Numbered from the stretch's first letter, positions 30,373 through 41,176 are shown. The stretch is 64,000 bases of DNA from an uncultured Chloroflexia bacterium (GCA_963734535.1 CAVTHS010000008.1:448001-512000); one strand, 5' to 3'. Numbers and translations: made by a program. Notes: generated by a model not told the origin, from the sequence alone.

Positions 30373-32448
30373 GTGAGCGCCGGTGTCGATCCCCGCCATG
30401 TGCCCGCGTCGGAGCGCGACCGGTTTCGGGCGCGCCTCGCCTCGAGGCCGCTGGTCGCGGACGGCGCCACGGGGACGCTCCTCTTCTCGCGCGGGATTCC
30501 GCAGCGAGCCTGCCTCGACGAGCTGGTCCTCTCGCGGCCGGATCTCGTCGGCACCATCCACCGCGAGTACCTCGAGGCAGGCGCCGATCTCATCGAGACG
30601 GCCACGTTCGGCGCGAACCGGGTCCGTCTCGCGGGCTGGGGCCTGGGCGACCTCGCCGCGCGGATGAACAGGCGCGCGGCCCAGCTCGCGCGCGAAGCAC
30701 GCGACGTCGCGGGGCGCGACTCCCTGGTCGCCGGGTCGATCGGGCCCCTCGGCCGTCCTGCGCACGGCGACCTGGGAGTCGGTGATGCGGGTGCCCGGGC
30801 CGCGTTCCGCGAGCAGCTCGACGGGCTCCTGGAGGGGGGCGTGGACCTGCTCATCCTCGAGACCTTCCACGACCTCGACCAGCTCCTCCTGGCGATCTCC
30901 GAGGTCCGCGCCGCGACCGGCCTCCCGATCGTCGCCTCGATGACGTTCGGCGAGGAGCTCGGTCTGGCGGATGGTCGAACCCCGGAGCAGGCCGCGGCGC
31001 TCCTTGCCCGATCCGACGTCGACGTGGTCGGCGTCAACTGCGGGGTGGGCCCCAGCGCCTCGCTCGACGCACTGGGCCGGATCGACCCGCGAAGCCACGA
31101 CCTGCCGGGGTCGTTCATGCCGAACGCGGGCCTGCCCCAACGGATCGAGGGGCAGTTCGTCTACGCGGCGAACCCGGCCTGGTTCGGCGAGGTCGTGCCC
31201 CTCGCCGTCGCCGCCGGTGCGCGCATCGTGGGCGGTTGCTGCGGGACCACGCCGGCCCACGTCGCCGCCATGCGTGTGGCCGTCGACCGCCTGAGCGCCG
31301 TTGCGGGAGCCCCGGTCGAGGGCAGTGCCGAGCGGTCCGGGGAAGCCTCGGGCCCCGACGGCGTTGCTCCAACCTCGCACCCGGCACGCCGGCCGGCGCT
31401 GGTCGAGACGCCGCGCGCGACGCCACCTCCGGGAATCGAATCCGCCGCAGTCGATGCGCCCAGCCCGACGGCGCTCCTCCGGAAGCTCCGCGGCGGCCGG
31501 TACGTGATCTCCGTCGAGATCGATCCTCCTCGCTCAGTCCGGATCGAGCGAACCGTCGAGGCGGCGCGACTCCTGGCCGCGGCGGGCACCGACTGCGTCA
31601 ACATCAGCGACTCGGCGATGGCGCGGGTTCGCATGGGGGCACTGGCCGTCGCGTTCGGGATCCAGCACGACCTCGATCTCGAGTGCGTCGTCCACCTGAC
31701 CACCCGCGACCGGAACCTGATGGCCCTCGAATCGGAGCTGCTCGGTGCGCACGCGCTCGGCGTCCGGAACATCCTTGCCCTGACCGGCGACCCGCCGCGC
31801 GTCGGCGACTACCCGACCGGGACCGGCGTCTGGGACGTCGACTCGATCGGGCTCGTGCGGATCCTCGCCCGGCTCAACCGGGGCGAGGACGAGGCGGGTG
31901 CTCCGATCGGGGGACCGGCAGGGTTCACGATCGCCTGCGCGCTGGACCCCACGGCGGAGGAGCCCGCTCGCGAGTGGGACCGGCTCGAGGAGAAGCTGTC
32001 GGCGGGTGCCCATCTCGTCATGACGCAGCCCCTCTACGACGCCGCGCAGGTCGAGGCGATGCTCCGCGAGGCACGGCGCAGGTTCGGGCCGGGCGGCTTC
32101 CCGGTCCCGGTGCTCCTCGGCATCCTGCCGCTGCAGTCGAGCCGGCATGCCGAGTTCCTCCACCACGAGGTTCCCGGGATCACGATTCCCGACTCGACGC
32201 GGGCAGCGATGCGCGGCGCGGGCGAGGCCGCGGCGGAGGTCGGCCTGGAGACCGCCCTGGCACTGCTCCGCGACGTCGGGAACGAGGTGGCTGGAACCTA
32301 CGTGATGCCGTCCTTCGGGCGCTACGAGCAGGCGGCGGAGCTGGTTCGTCGCCTGCGTGCCGAATCACGCCCGGTCGCGCCGGACGCCGGGCAGGCCGTC
32401 GCGCCGTCCGTCGAACCGGGTGCCGCGCGCCCCGCCGCGCTCGGCTAG
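30373..32448 (+). CDS. Bifunctional homocysteine S-methyltransferase / methylenetetrahydrofolate reductase (YitJ-like)
   Basis: DGATGT, GVNC, PNAGLP and GGCCGTTP, then EIDPPR, TRDRN, ALTGDPP and MTQPLY. Confidence 0.92.
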   Translation: MSAGVDPRHVPASERDRFRARLASRPLVADGATGTLLFSRGIPQRACLDELVLSRPDLVGTIHREYLEAGADLIETATFGANRVRLAGWGLGDLAARMNRRAAQLAREARDVAGRDSLVAGSIGPLGRPAHGDLGVGDAGARAAFREQLDGLLEGGVDLLILETFHDLDQLLLAISEVRAATGLPIVASMTFGEELGLADGRTPEQAAALLARSDVDVVGVNCGVGPSASLDALGRIDPRSHDLPGSFMPNAGLPQRIEGQFVYAANPAWFGEVVPLAVAAGARIVGGCCGTTPAHVAAMRVAVDRLSAVAGAPVEGSAERSGEASGPDGVAPTSHPARRPALVETPRATPPPGIESAAVDAPSPTALLRKLRGGRYVISVEIDPPRSVRIERTVEAARLLAAAGTDCVNISDSAMARVRMGALAVAFGIQHDLDLECVVHLTTRDRNLMALESELLGAHALGVRNILALTGDPPRVGDYPTGTGVWDVDSIGLVRILARLNRGEDEAGAPIGGPAGFTIACALDPTAEEPAREWDRLEEKLSAGAHLVMTQPLYDAAQVEAMLREARRRFGPGGFPVPVLLGILPLQSSRHAEFLHHEVPGITIPDSTRAAMRGAGEAAAEVGLETALALLRDVGNEVAGTYVMPSFGRYEQAAELVRRLRAESRPVAPDAGQAVAPSVEPGAARPAALG

Positions 32449-32458
32449 ACTCCGGTCC

Positions 32459-32791
32459 ATGGGAGCCACCGACACGATGGAGCTGTTCTTCGAGCAGCTG
32501 AACGGGGGGTCGCGCGAGGGCGCGGTCGCGCTGATGGACGAGCGGATCGAGATGCGGATCCACGTGGGCGAGAACGCCCGGACGCTGCGGGGCCTGGACC
32601 AGGTGAGCGGCTGGTTCCTCCGTGCCGACGCCGGCCTGAAGATGATCCCGGGTGCCGTCCAGGACATGGGCAACACCTACCAGGCGGACCTGCTCGTCGT
32701 GCGGCCCGGCGCCGAGTCGCAGCATCTCGACGCCGCGTTCCGTGTCGAGGCAGGCAAGATCACCTCGATCAACCTGACGCCGCGGCGCTGA
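32459..32791 (+). CDS. Small hypothetical protein (SnoaL/NTF2-like)
   Basis: High-GC3 ORF with an NTF2-like pattern. Confidence 0.6.
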   Translation: MGATDTMELFFEQLNGGSREGAVALMDERIEMRIHVGENARTLRGLDQVSGWFLRADAGLKMIPGAVQDMGNTYQADLLVVRPGAESQHLDAAFRVEAGKITSINLTPRR

Positions 32792-32887
32792 GGCGACTGC
32801 GGGGGGAGTCCGCCGCGCCAGGCTGGTCGCCCGCGCCGGCAGCCGCGAATGCGCACCGAGAGCCGCGTGCGCCCGGGCTTCGAGTCG

Positions 32888-34262
32888 CTACGGGGCGGGT
32901 GTGATCGCCCCATCGGTGATCGCCGGCGCGACGGCCGGCGGGATCACGAGCTGATCGCCGAGGTTCAACCTGTCCGGGTTCTTGATCTGCGGGTTGGCCT
33001 TCACGATGTCGTCGACCGTGACCCCGAACTTCACGGCAAGCCGCGAGAGCACGTCGCCCGCCTTGACGACGTAGATGGTGGGGCTCGGTGACGGGACCGG
33101 CGTGATCGACGGTGCCACGGTCGCGGCGGCCGAGGCGCTCGCGGCAGGTGTCGGGCTGGACGAGGCGCCATCGCCGCTCGTGAAGATGCGCAGCACGAAG
33201 GGTGTCGCGAAGAGCGCCACGCCGACGATCAGCACGATGAGCCCGTAGAGGACGGGGCGCGGCAGCGCTGCGACGCGCCCGCCGCTCGACTTGAGGGACG
33301 GATACGCCTCGAACCGCCGGGGCCGTTCCCAGGAAGGCGCCGAGGGATCGGTCATGACCCGCTCGGGGCCGGGGCCGACGGCCCGATCGGCGCCGCGTTC
33401 GGGTCCTCGATCCCGGCCGCGGCCGGCCCCCGCGATCGGCCGTCGCGTCGGTTCGCCGGGGATCGAACCCGCTGCCCCCGGCCAGGCCCGTTCGGTCGCG
33501 GGCCTCGCGTGGAGTCCGACCGCCTCGCCCGGCAGGTCGACGCCTTCGCTCGCGCGGACGGGTCGCGCGGCGCGGCCCGCGAGGAACGCGGGCGTGGCCG
33601 GCTCCGCCGGGATCGGTCCGAGCTCCCGATCAGCGCCGGCGGCGGCATCCGACGGACGGGCCGCCTGGCCGCTGGACGGGCCGCCGGCGCCTGCGAGGGC
33701 ACCGAGCGCCGAACCGGACCACGCACCGAGGCCTGCGCTCTCGGCCCCCGCGAATCCGGCCTCGTCTTCCACCTCGGAGATCTCGTCACGCAGTGGACCG
33801 CGAGTCCGGACGGCCGACCGGCTCGTCTTCGAGGTCGGCCTCGCCGGCGCCAACGACGGCGCCCGCATCTGGGGCCCATGGCGGCGGCGCCGTCCACTCG
33901 GCCCGTCGCTGGCGACCCGACGTCGTCGATGCGGCCTGGGGCGCTATGGGCCGGCCCCCCGCCGGAGCGGCTCGGTCGGCGTCGCGGCGCGCCGTCGGCG
34001 CCTCGCGGAGCGTCCGGATCGGCTCGTCCTTCGGTGGTGCGGCCTCGCGTCGCGCCCAATCCATGAACGTCGGGCAGCCCGCGAACGCGGACGAGAGGCA
34101 ATAGGCGGCCTGGTGGGCGAGCGCCCGCGAGGCCGCCGGGCTCTCCGCGAAGCAGCGGTGCCGGTGATCGGGCACGGTCGACCGGAAGTCGCGATCCTCG
34201 TCGTACGCGACGAACGGACAGACGAACCCCTGCTCGGTTCCCATGGCGCTGCGCTCGGTCAT
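32888..34262 (-). CDS. Membrane LysM protein with N-terminal Cys/His cluster, apparent frameshift near 33795
   Basis: N-terminal VCPF...RC...HQAAYCL...GCP; TM helix; C-terminal YVVKAGDVLSRLAVKFGVTVDDIVKANPQI. Confidence 0.75.
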
Positions 34263-34320
34263 CCCGCCGATCATACCGGGGATGCCGGCGCACGGACGGC
34301 CCGGGCGCGGCCGCCCGGAC

Positions 34321-35256
34321 CTAGTGGGCGCCCTCCACGATCTCGTCGCAGACCTGGTCCATCGCGGCCGGCAGCGTGCAGGTGATCTTGAGGGCCGACG
34401 GGAAGTCCGTGCCCGAGCCGGCTGCGCCGGTGCCCGGGTCGAACACCAGCAACCCGAGCGCCCGGTACCGACCCCCGGAAGGTTCCCCTGTGCCGGCTAC
34501 GCCGGGCGGGTCCTCGAAGACGGCGGACCTCGGGACCGGCCTGCTGATCAGCTCGCCGGCCGGCGAGCTGGTCGGGCAGGATGAGCCGGGCTGCTCGAAC
34601 AGCTTCCAGGCTTCCGGAAACAGGCCACATGCCATCGTCGCGATGCAGCCGACGCAGGCGCCCCCGGTATACGCGGTCACCGCCTGGTGGTCCGGCGGAG
34701 GGCTTCCGGTCGGGGTCGCCTGGCCCGGCGGCGTGATCGTCATGCTCGAGGATCCGTCGACGCCGACCGCGGCCTCGCAGTGCCAGCCCTTCGGGCCCAG
34801 GAGCGTTCGCGTCCCGTTGCTGTAGAAGGTGACCTCCGCGGCCACCGCCGTTGACACGGTGGCGGTCATCGTCGAGGGCACGGGTGCCATCGTCTCGTCG
34901 GGGAGCCCGAACGTGGTCGGGCACGTCACGACCGGGATGTGGGCGGTCCGCGACGTCTCTGGTGTCGGGGCTGCCAGGCTTGCGATGGGGCCGGACGCGG
35001 CCGGCGAGACGCCGGGCGTTGCGGCGGGCGATGCCGCGAGTGTCGCGCTCGCCGACGTGGGGGAAGCATTCGGAGCCGAAGCTCCCGCCGGAGCGGAGGT
35101 GGCGGCCGGCGTCGGTGCCAGCGTCGGCCCGGAGCTCCCGCACGCCGCGACGACCAGGACGACAGCGACGAAGAGGCCCGGGACGAACCGGTGGAACCGC
35201 CCGGGACGGCGCTCGTGGTCGGCACGCTCGGGGGATCCGCGAAGCGGGACGTCCAT
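34321..35256 (-). CDS. Putative Cys-containing lipoprotein
   Basis: VVLVVAAC lipobox, A/P/T linker, 'VVTCPTTFG...GPKGWHCEAAVGVDGS'. Confidence 0.7.
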   Translation of the reverse strand: MDVPLRGSPERADHERRPGRFHRFVPGLFVAVVLVVAACGSSGPTLAPTPAATSAPAGASAPNASPTSASATLAASPAATPGVSPAASGPIASLAAPTPETSRTAHIPVVTCPTTFGLPDETMAPVPSTMTATVSTAVAAEVTFYSNGTRTLLGPKGWHCEAAVGVDGSSSMTITPPGQATPTGSPPPDHQAVTAYTGGACVGCIATMACGLFPEAWKLFEQPGSSCPTSSPAGELISRPVPRSAVFEDPPGVAGTGEPSGGRYRALGLLVFDPGTGAAGSGTDFPSALKITCTLPAAMDQVCDEIVEGAH

Positions 35257-35317
35257 GTCCGGGATGGTACGCCCGCCGCGGTCAACCGGACATGTCGATC
35301 GTCCCGCGGGCGCGGCG

Positions 35318-36136
35318 CTACCCCTTGCGGCGGTAGGTCCAGATGGCGAGGGGCGCAAAGATCGCCACGATCCCGCCGATCCAGCCGAACGCGAGAAGGA
35401 CCGTGCCGGCATCGGGTGTTCCCAGGATGAGCCCGCGCGCTGCGTTCACCACGATGGTCACCGGGTTCGCCTCCGCGATCGGGCGGAGCCAGTCCGGCAT
35501 CGTTGCCACCGGCACGAATGCCGAGCTGGCGAAGGTGAGCGGGAAGACGGGGATGAAGATCGCCCCCTGGGCGGCCTGGGCCGACTTCGCTCGCAGGCCG
35601 ATGTTCGCCGACAGCCAGCTGATCGCGTAGCCGAACAGGGTCACCAGCCCGAGGGCGAGCAGGAACTCCGGGATGCTCCCTGCGAAGCGAAACCCGATCA
35701 GGAAGCCCACCACGGTCATGACCGCGACGGTGTAGGCGTTCCGCAGGAGATCCGCGAACGTCCGGCCGATCAGCACCCCGGAGGGCGCCATCGGGAGCGA
35801 GCGGAAGCGGTCGATGATTCCCTTCTGGAGGTCCTCGGCGAGGCCGATCGCAGTGCCGGTCCCGCCGAACACCACGGTCTGGACGAAGATTCCGGGCATC
35901 AGGAACGTGACGTAGTCGATCCCGGGTGTCTTGATCGCGCCGCCGAAGACGAATGCGAACAGCAGCACGAACATGATCGGCGTGATCGTGTCGACGACCA
36001 GGAGCTGCGGGTTCCGGACGACCGCCAGCATGTTCCGCCAGGCGAGCGTGATCGAGTCGGTGACGATCCACATGGGCCGGCGACGGCTCTGCGGGATCGG
36101 GCGGCCGCCGGTGGCGGGGGCGGCGATGGCGGTCAT
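35318..36136 (-). CDS. ABC-2 permease (DrrB-like)
   Basis: PIMFVLLFAFVFGG, YVTFLMPGI, GIIDRFRSLPM, MPDWL...NPVT. Confidence 0.92.
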   Translation of the reverse strand: MTAIAAPATGGRPIPQSRRRPMWIVTDSITLAWRNMLAVVRNPQLLVVDTITPIMFVLLFAFVFGGAIKTPGIDYVTFLMPGIFVQTVVFGGTGTAIGLAEDLQKGIIDRFRSLPMAPSGVLIGRTFADLLRNAYTVAVMTVVGFLIGFRFAGSIPEFLLALGLVTLFGYAISWLSANIGLRAKSAQAAQGAIFIPVFPLTFASSAFVPVATMPDWLRPIAEANPVTIVVNAARGLILGTPDAGTVLLAFGWIGGIVAIFAPLAIWTYRRKG

Positions 36137-37164
36137 GCGGCGTTCCTCTTCGCTGGGCGGCCGAACCGTCGGCGCGGAATGGCGGTTCCCGGGTCGCCGC
36201 TGACGTCTGCCGCGGGCCCATCCTCGGCGCGATGGCCCGTCAGCGCCAGGAACACGTCGTCCAGGCTGGGCCGGTGGAGCGACAGCTCCGCGATCTCCAG
36301 CCCGGCCCCGTCGACGCGGCGAACCACCTCGGCCAGGGTCCCCGCGCCGTGGTGGACGGGGAGGTGGATTCGGCCTTCGACGGCATTCGCCCGCGGCTCG
36401 GCGGCCGTGAGCGAGCGCAGGAGCTCCATCGCCTCGGCGGTACGGGCGGGATCCGCGACGCGAACATCGACGACGTCCTCGCCCAGGCGGTCCTTGAGCT
36501 CGTTGGCAGTCCCTTCCGCGATCAGGAGGCCGTCGTCGATGACGGCGATGCGGTTCGCCAGCCTGTCGGCCTCTTCCAGGTACTGCGTGGTCAGGAGGAT
36601 TGTCGTCCCGTCCATGACGAGGCCCTCGATGACATCCCATAACCCGAGCCGGCTGGCCGGATCGAGCCCGGTCGTCGGCTCGTCGAGGAAGAGGACCTGC
36701 GGGCGGCCCACCAGGCTCGCAGCAAGGTCCAGGCGGCGGCGCATGCCGCCGGAGTAGGTACGGGCGGGTCGGCCGCCGGCGGCGAGCAGGTCGAACGTCG
36801 CGAGCAGCTCGTCGGCGCGAGTCCGCGCGGCGGGCCCGCCGATGTGAAGCAGGCGGCCGACCATCTCGAGGTTCTCGTGGCCGGTGAGGTTCTCGTCGAC
36901 GGCTGCGAACTGTCCGCTGAGGCCGATGGCCGCACGAACGGCATCCGGCTCGTGCACCACGTCGTGACCGGCGACGGTCGCCCGGCCGCCGTCGGGGTGC
37001 AGGAGCGTGCTGAGGATTCGGACCGCGGTCGTCTTCCCGGCGCCGTTGGGGCCGAGCAGGCCGAGGATGGTGCCGGCCGGCACGGCCAGGTCGATCCCCC
37101 GCAGCGCGTGGACGTCACCGTAGGACTTGCGAAGTCCGTCGGCGGAGATGGCGAGCTCGAGCAT
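36133..37164 (-). CDS. ABC ATP-binding protein (DrrA-like)
   Basis: GPNGAGKTT, YSGGMRRRLD, FLDEPTTGLDP, TTQYLEEAD. Confidence 0.95.
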   Translation of the reverse strand: MLELAISADGLRKSYGDVHALRGIDLAVPAGTILGLLGPNGAGKTTAVRILSTLLHPDGGRATVAGHDVVHEPDAVRAAIGLSGQFAAVDENLTGHENLEMVGRLLHIGGPAARTRADELLATFDLLAAGGRPARTYSGGMRRRLDLAASLVGRPQVLFLDEPTTGLDPASRLGLWDVIEGLVMDGTTILLTTQYLEEADRLANRIAVIDDGLLIAEGTANELKDRLGEDVVDVRVADPARTAEAMELLRSLTAAEPRANAVEGRIHLPVHHGAGTLAEVVRRVDGAGLEIAELSLHRPSLDDVFLALTGHRAEDGPAADVSGDPGTAIPRRRFGRPAKRNAA

Positions 37165-37247
37165 GTGGTCCTCGTGGTCTGACGTCGTCGATGTGCGGCC
37201 GTCACTCCTTCGTTCGGTCGACACGGTCGCGCGGATGGCGATGCCGC

Positions 37248-37270
37248 GTCATGACGGCCCGTAATGACGG
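37248..37270 (-). promoter_or_regulatory. Candidate operator, ATGACG-N7-ATGACG / GTCATGAC motif, copy A
   Basis: GTCATGACGGCCCGTAATGACGG; 20/23 identical to 50426-50448. Confidence 0.5.
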
Positions 37271-37521
37271 TCCGGGGTTGTGCGGAGAAACTGCCCGGAC
37301 CTCGGGGGGCACTGCCGTGCAGGCACGAGCCGCGCTCGCCGTGTACGCACGAGCCGCGGTCGCCGCACGATCGAGCCGCGGTCGCGAGAGGGGAGAAACG
37401 CCATGCCACAGCCACCATCGACGCTCAGCTGGAGCTAGCCGAGTCCAGCCACCTCCCGCTGCGTCCGCGCTGCGCCCGCCCGGCGCGCCTGGCCCGCAGC
37501 GCTGCGCCCGCTGCATCTGCG

Positions 37522-37596
37522 CTGCCCTGCCCTGCTCTGCCCTACCCTGCTCTGCCCTGCTCTGCCCTGCTCTGCCCTGCTCTGCCCTGCCCTGCT
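37522..37596 (+). repeat. Pentanucleotide microsatellite (CTGCY)15
   Basis: 15 units of CTGCC/CTGCT, one of them CTACC; intergenic. Confidence 0.95.
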
Positions 37597-37861
37597 AGAT
37601 ATCGGCTCGGCCGATCGGATCCGGGACCTCGAGCGTGGAATCGCGCCGAACGTCGACGTTGGCCGCGACCCGGAGCGTGGAGAGCGTGATCCTCATCGGC
37701 AGGCCCGATATCCGCGCGATTTCGACTCGGCGAGCGCCTGGCGCGCCTCGACTCGGCGCCCGACCCGTCGAGCGACTGGCGTGCCGCCCGGGTGATGCGC
37801 GGAGCGCCCCCAGGGCGCACGGCGGCTGTGCCCGCGCGTCCCCGCCCCGGGTGACGTGCCG

Positions 37862-37885
37862 AGCAAATGACGCGGCGTCATGACG
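37862..37885 (+). promoter_or_regulatory. Candidate operator, copy B (opposite orientation)
   Basis: ATGACG at 37867 and 37880 (13-bp period) with a CGTCATGACG palindrome. Confidence 0.4.
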
Positions 37886-37985
37886 AGGCGGCAGCGGGGC
37901 GCGACACTCGCCGACGCCACCGGAACGCTCTTGTCGCACCTTTGAGACCGGCCCGCTCCGTGCATGCGCACCCGGGGAGACGGAC

Positions 37986-39344
37986 ATGCCACAGCCCCTG
38001 CCGCAACCTCCATCCTCGCTGAGCTGGAGCAATCGAACCCGCGGACGACCCATCCGCATCGCCGCCGTCCTCGCCGGCGTCGCCCTCCTCGTCGCGAGCT
38101 GCGGCACGAACGCCGGCACCTCCGGGCCGGGCGCATCCGCCAGCCAGGGCGCCGCCAGCCAGGGCGCCGCCAGCCAGGCGCCGGCCATCAGCCCGGCCGC
38201 GGCGGTCAGCGGGACGCTGACGGTCTGGGCCATGGGCAACGAGGGGGTCAAGCTCAAGGACCTGGCCGCCACGTTCATGAAGGACAACCCGGGCACGACG
38301 GTCAACGTGACGCCGGTCGACTGGGGCCAGGCCGTCGCGAAGCTCCAGACCGCCATCGCCGGCCACCAGACGCCCGACGTGAGCCAGATGGGCACCGACA
38401 TGATGGGCCAGTTCGCGGCCACCGGCGCCCTCGAGGCCGTCCCGGCCAACTTCCAGGCCAGCACCTTCTTCACGAGCGCCTGGAACACCAACATCGTCAA
38501 CGGCACGGTGTACGGCGTTCCGTGGTACGTCGAGACACGGGTCCTCTACTACCGCACGGACATCGCTGCGAAGGCCGGCATCACGACGCCCCCCGCGACG
38601 TGGGACGACCTGACGGCGATGGCCACCGCGATGCAGGCAAAGGGCGGCGCGAAGTGGGGCATCTCGCTGGGTACGCAGAACTGGCAGGAGTACCTGCCCT
38701 TCCTGTGGTCGAACGGCGGCGACGTCATGGACGCGTCGGGCCAGTTCCAGCTGAACAGCCCGCAGGCCGTCGAGGCACTGACCTACTACGAGTCGTTCTT
38801 CAAGGCAGGCCTGACCCCGACGTCGGTGCCCGCAGGGTTCGACATCACGCCGGCGTTCGTGGCCGGGACGAACCCGATGTTCTTCTCGGGTCCGTGGCAC
38901 CTGGGCCTGATCAAGACCGCGGGTGGCGCGGGCTTCGACTCCAAGTGGGCGATCGCGCCGATGCCGAAGAAGGTCAGCTCGACCTCGTTCGTGGGCGGCG
39001 GGAACATGGTCGTCTACAAGGACAGCCAGAACAAGGACCTCGCCTGGAAGTTCGTCCAGTACCTCTCCGACCCCAAGACGCAGCTGGCGTGGTACGCGGA
39101 CGTCACCGACCTTCCCGCCGTCCAGGCGGCCTGGGACGACCCGGCCCTCAAGGCTGACGCGAACGTCGCGCTGTTCGGCGAGCAGCTGAAGGACACCAAG
39201 GCGCAGCCGGCAACCTCCACGTGGAGCCAGCTGGCAACCGCGCTCAACGGAACGCTCGAGAAGATGACGACCGGCGGCATGGACCCGAAGGCCGCGGCCG
39301 ACGAGATGCAGCAGGAGGCAACGACGATCGGGACGGGCCAGTGA
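37986..39344 (+). CDS. Sugar ABC transporter substrate-binding lipoprotein
   Basis: LVASC lipobox; TPDVSQMG, YGVPWYVETRVLYYR. Confidence 0.92.
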   Translation: MPQPLPQPPSSLSWSNRTRGRPIRIAAVLAGVALLVASCGTNAGTSGPGASASQGAASQGAASQAPAISPAAAVSGTLTVWAMGNEGVKLKDLAATFMKDNPGTTVNVTPVDWGQAVAKLQTAIAGHQTPDVSQMGTDMMGQFAATGALEAVPANFQASTFFTSAWNTNIVNGTVYGVPWYVETRVLYYRTDIAAKAGITTPPATWDDLTAMATAMQAKGGAKWGISLGTQNWQEYLPFLWSNGGDVMDASGQFQLNSPQAVEALTYYESFFKAGLTPTSVPAGFDITPAFVAGTNPMFFSGPWHLGLIKTAGGAGFDSKWAIAPMPKKVSSTSFVGGGNMVVYKDSQNKDLAWKFVQYLSDPKTQLAWYADVTDLPAVQAAWDDPALKADANVALFGEQLKDTKAQPATSTWSQLATALNGTLEKMTTGGMDPKAAADEMQQEATTIGTGQ

Positions 39345-39345
39345 G

Positions 39346-40284
39346 GTGACAGTCCCTGCGCTCGCCCAGCGCAGAACGGCGGAGGCGGCACCGTCCGCCT
39401 CCCGCCGGCCGTGGCGAGACGACCTGGTCGGTTGGGCGTTTGCCGCCCCCTTCGTGATCCTGTTCGTCGTCTTCCTCGCGTTCCCGATCCTGGCCTCGTT
39501 CCTCCTCAGCTTCACGAGCTTCGGCCTCCGGGACATCGCCAACCCGGTCGGGACGAGCGTCATCGGGATCAAGAACTACGTCGACCTCTTCGCCGATCCG
39601 AAGTTCTGGAAGGCGCTGTTCAACACGTTCTACTTCGTGGTGGTCGGCGTGCCCGTGACGCTCGCCATCGGGCTGCTGATCGCGACGGCCCTGAGCCGCG
39701 GGGTGACCCGCTTCCGGACGGCATTCCGGGTCGGCTACTACCTGCCGGTCATCACCAGCATCGTCGCGATCGCGGTCGTCTGGCGGTTCCTACTCAACCC
39801 GGACGCGGGCCTGATCAACATGCTGCTGGGCGGCCTCGGCATCAAGGGGCCGGCCTGGCTGGCCGACCCTGTCTTCGCGATGCCGTCGATCATCGCGATG
39901 GCCGTCTGGCGCAACCTCGGCTTCGCGATGGTCGTCTTCCTGGCCGGCCTGCAGACGATCCCGGCATCTCTCTACGAGGCGGCGGGCATCGATGGGGCCG
40001 GTCGCTGGCAGGCATTCCGGTACGTGACCATCCCGATGCTCCGGCCGACGATCCTGTTCATGACGGTCATCACCACGATCGGCTACCTGCAGCTGTTCGA
40101 GGAGCCGTTCGTGATGACCAAGGGCGGACCGCTCGACGCGACGCTCTCGATCACGATGTACATGTACCAGCAGGGCTTCACCTTCTTCCACCAGGGCTAC
40201 GCCTCCGCCATCGCCTACGTGCTGTTCGTCATCGTCGCGCTGATCGCCTTCCTCCAGTTCAAGTTCCTCCGGTCGGACGAATGA
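39346..40284 (+). CDS. Carbohydrate ABC permease (MalF-like)
   Basis: EAA motif LYEAAGIDGAGRWQAFRYVTIP. Confidence 0.93.
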   Translation: MTVPALAQRRTAEAAPSASRRPWRDDLVGWAFAAPFVILFVVFLAFPILASFLLSFTSFGLRDIANPVGTSVIGIKNYVDLFADPKFWKALFNTFYFVVVGVPVTLAIGLLIATALSRGVTRFRTAFRVGYYLPVITSIVAIAVVWRFLLNPDAGLINMLLGGLGIKGPAWLADPVFAMPSIIAMAVWRNLGFAMVVFLAGLQTIPASLYEAAGIDGAGRWQAFRYVTIPMLRPTILFMTVITTIGYLQLFEEPFVMTKGGPLDATLSITMYMYQQGFTFFHQGYASAIAYVLFVIVALIAFLQFKFLRSDE

Positions 40285-40297
40285 GGAGGGCCGCACG

Positions 40298-41176
40298 ATG
40301 ACTGCCATCCCGGCTGCCGCGCCGGCCCCCGCTGCTCCGCTCTCGGCGCCCGGTCGCGGCCGGACGACGCCGAACCGGTGGATCTACCTCCTCCTCGTCG
40401 GTGGGCTCGTGCTCATGGTCGGGCCGTTCCTGTGGATGCTCCTCGGCTCGATCAAGCCCCAGGCCGACTTCCTCACCGCGCCGACGCTCCTGCCGTCGGT
40501 GCCGACAACCGACAACTACAGCCGCCTGTTCGACCAGCTCGACTTCCCGCGCTTCTTCTTCAACTCGTCCCTCATCGCGCTGGCCGTCACGATCGGCAAT
40601 CTCGTCTTCTGCCCGATGCTGGGCTACGCGCTGGCAAAGCTGCGCTGGCGCGGCAAGCGGGTGATCATGGGCCTGGTCCTGGCCACGCTCATGGTTCCGG
40701 CCGGGATCACGCTCATCCCGAACTTCATCCTGATGAGCAAGCTCGGGTTCGTGAACACCTACCCCGGCCTGATCCTGCCGTTCCTCGCCGGGCCGTTCGG
40801 CGTGTTCCTCATGCGCCAGTTCATGTACGGCGTACCGAACGAGCTGCTCGAGGCGGCACGCATGGACGGTGCCAACGAGTTCCGCGTCTTCTGGTCGGTC
40901 GTCGTCCCGATCGCGACGCCGGTCCTCGCCACGCTCGGCATCCTCACCTTCCTGGGCAACTGGAACAGCTTCCTCTACCCGCTGGTCATGGCCCAGGAGC
41001 CCCAGATGTACACGCTGCCAGTTGCGCTCGCGACGTTCGCGACGGGCCAGTACCAGGCCGACCACGGGATGCTCATGGCGGGCTCGGTGATCCTGGTCGT
41101 ACCCGTGCTCATCGTCTTCATCCTCTTCCAGCGCTGGATCACGGAAGGAATCGCCACGACCGGCCTCAAGGGCTGA
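40298..41176 (+). CDS. Carbohydrate ABC permease (MalG-like)
   Basis: ELLEAARMDGA, WNSFLYPL. Confidence 0.93.
   Translation: MTAIPAAAPAPAAPLSAPGRGRTTPNRWIYLLLVGGLVLMVGPFLWMLLGSIKPQADFLTAPTLLPSVPTTDNYSRLFDQLDFPRFFFNSSLIALAVTIGNLVFCPMLGYALAKLRWRGKRVIMGLVLATLMVPAGITLIPNFILMSKLGFVNTYPGLILPFLAGPFGVFLMRQFMYGVPNELLEAARMDGANEFRVFWSVVVPIATPVLATLGILTFLGNWNSFLYPLVMAQEPQMYTLPVALATFATGQYQADHGMLMAGSVILVVPVLIVFILFQRWITEGIATTGLKG

Noticed and set aside
38139-38180. 15-bp repeats (ASQGA) in the substrate-binding protein
   Set aside because: Ordinary low-complexity lipoprotein linker.
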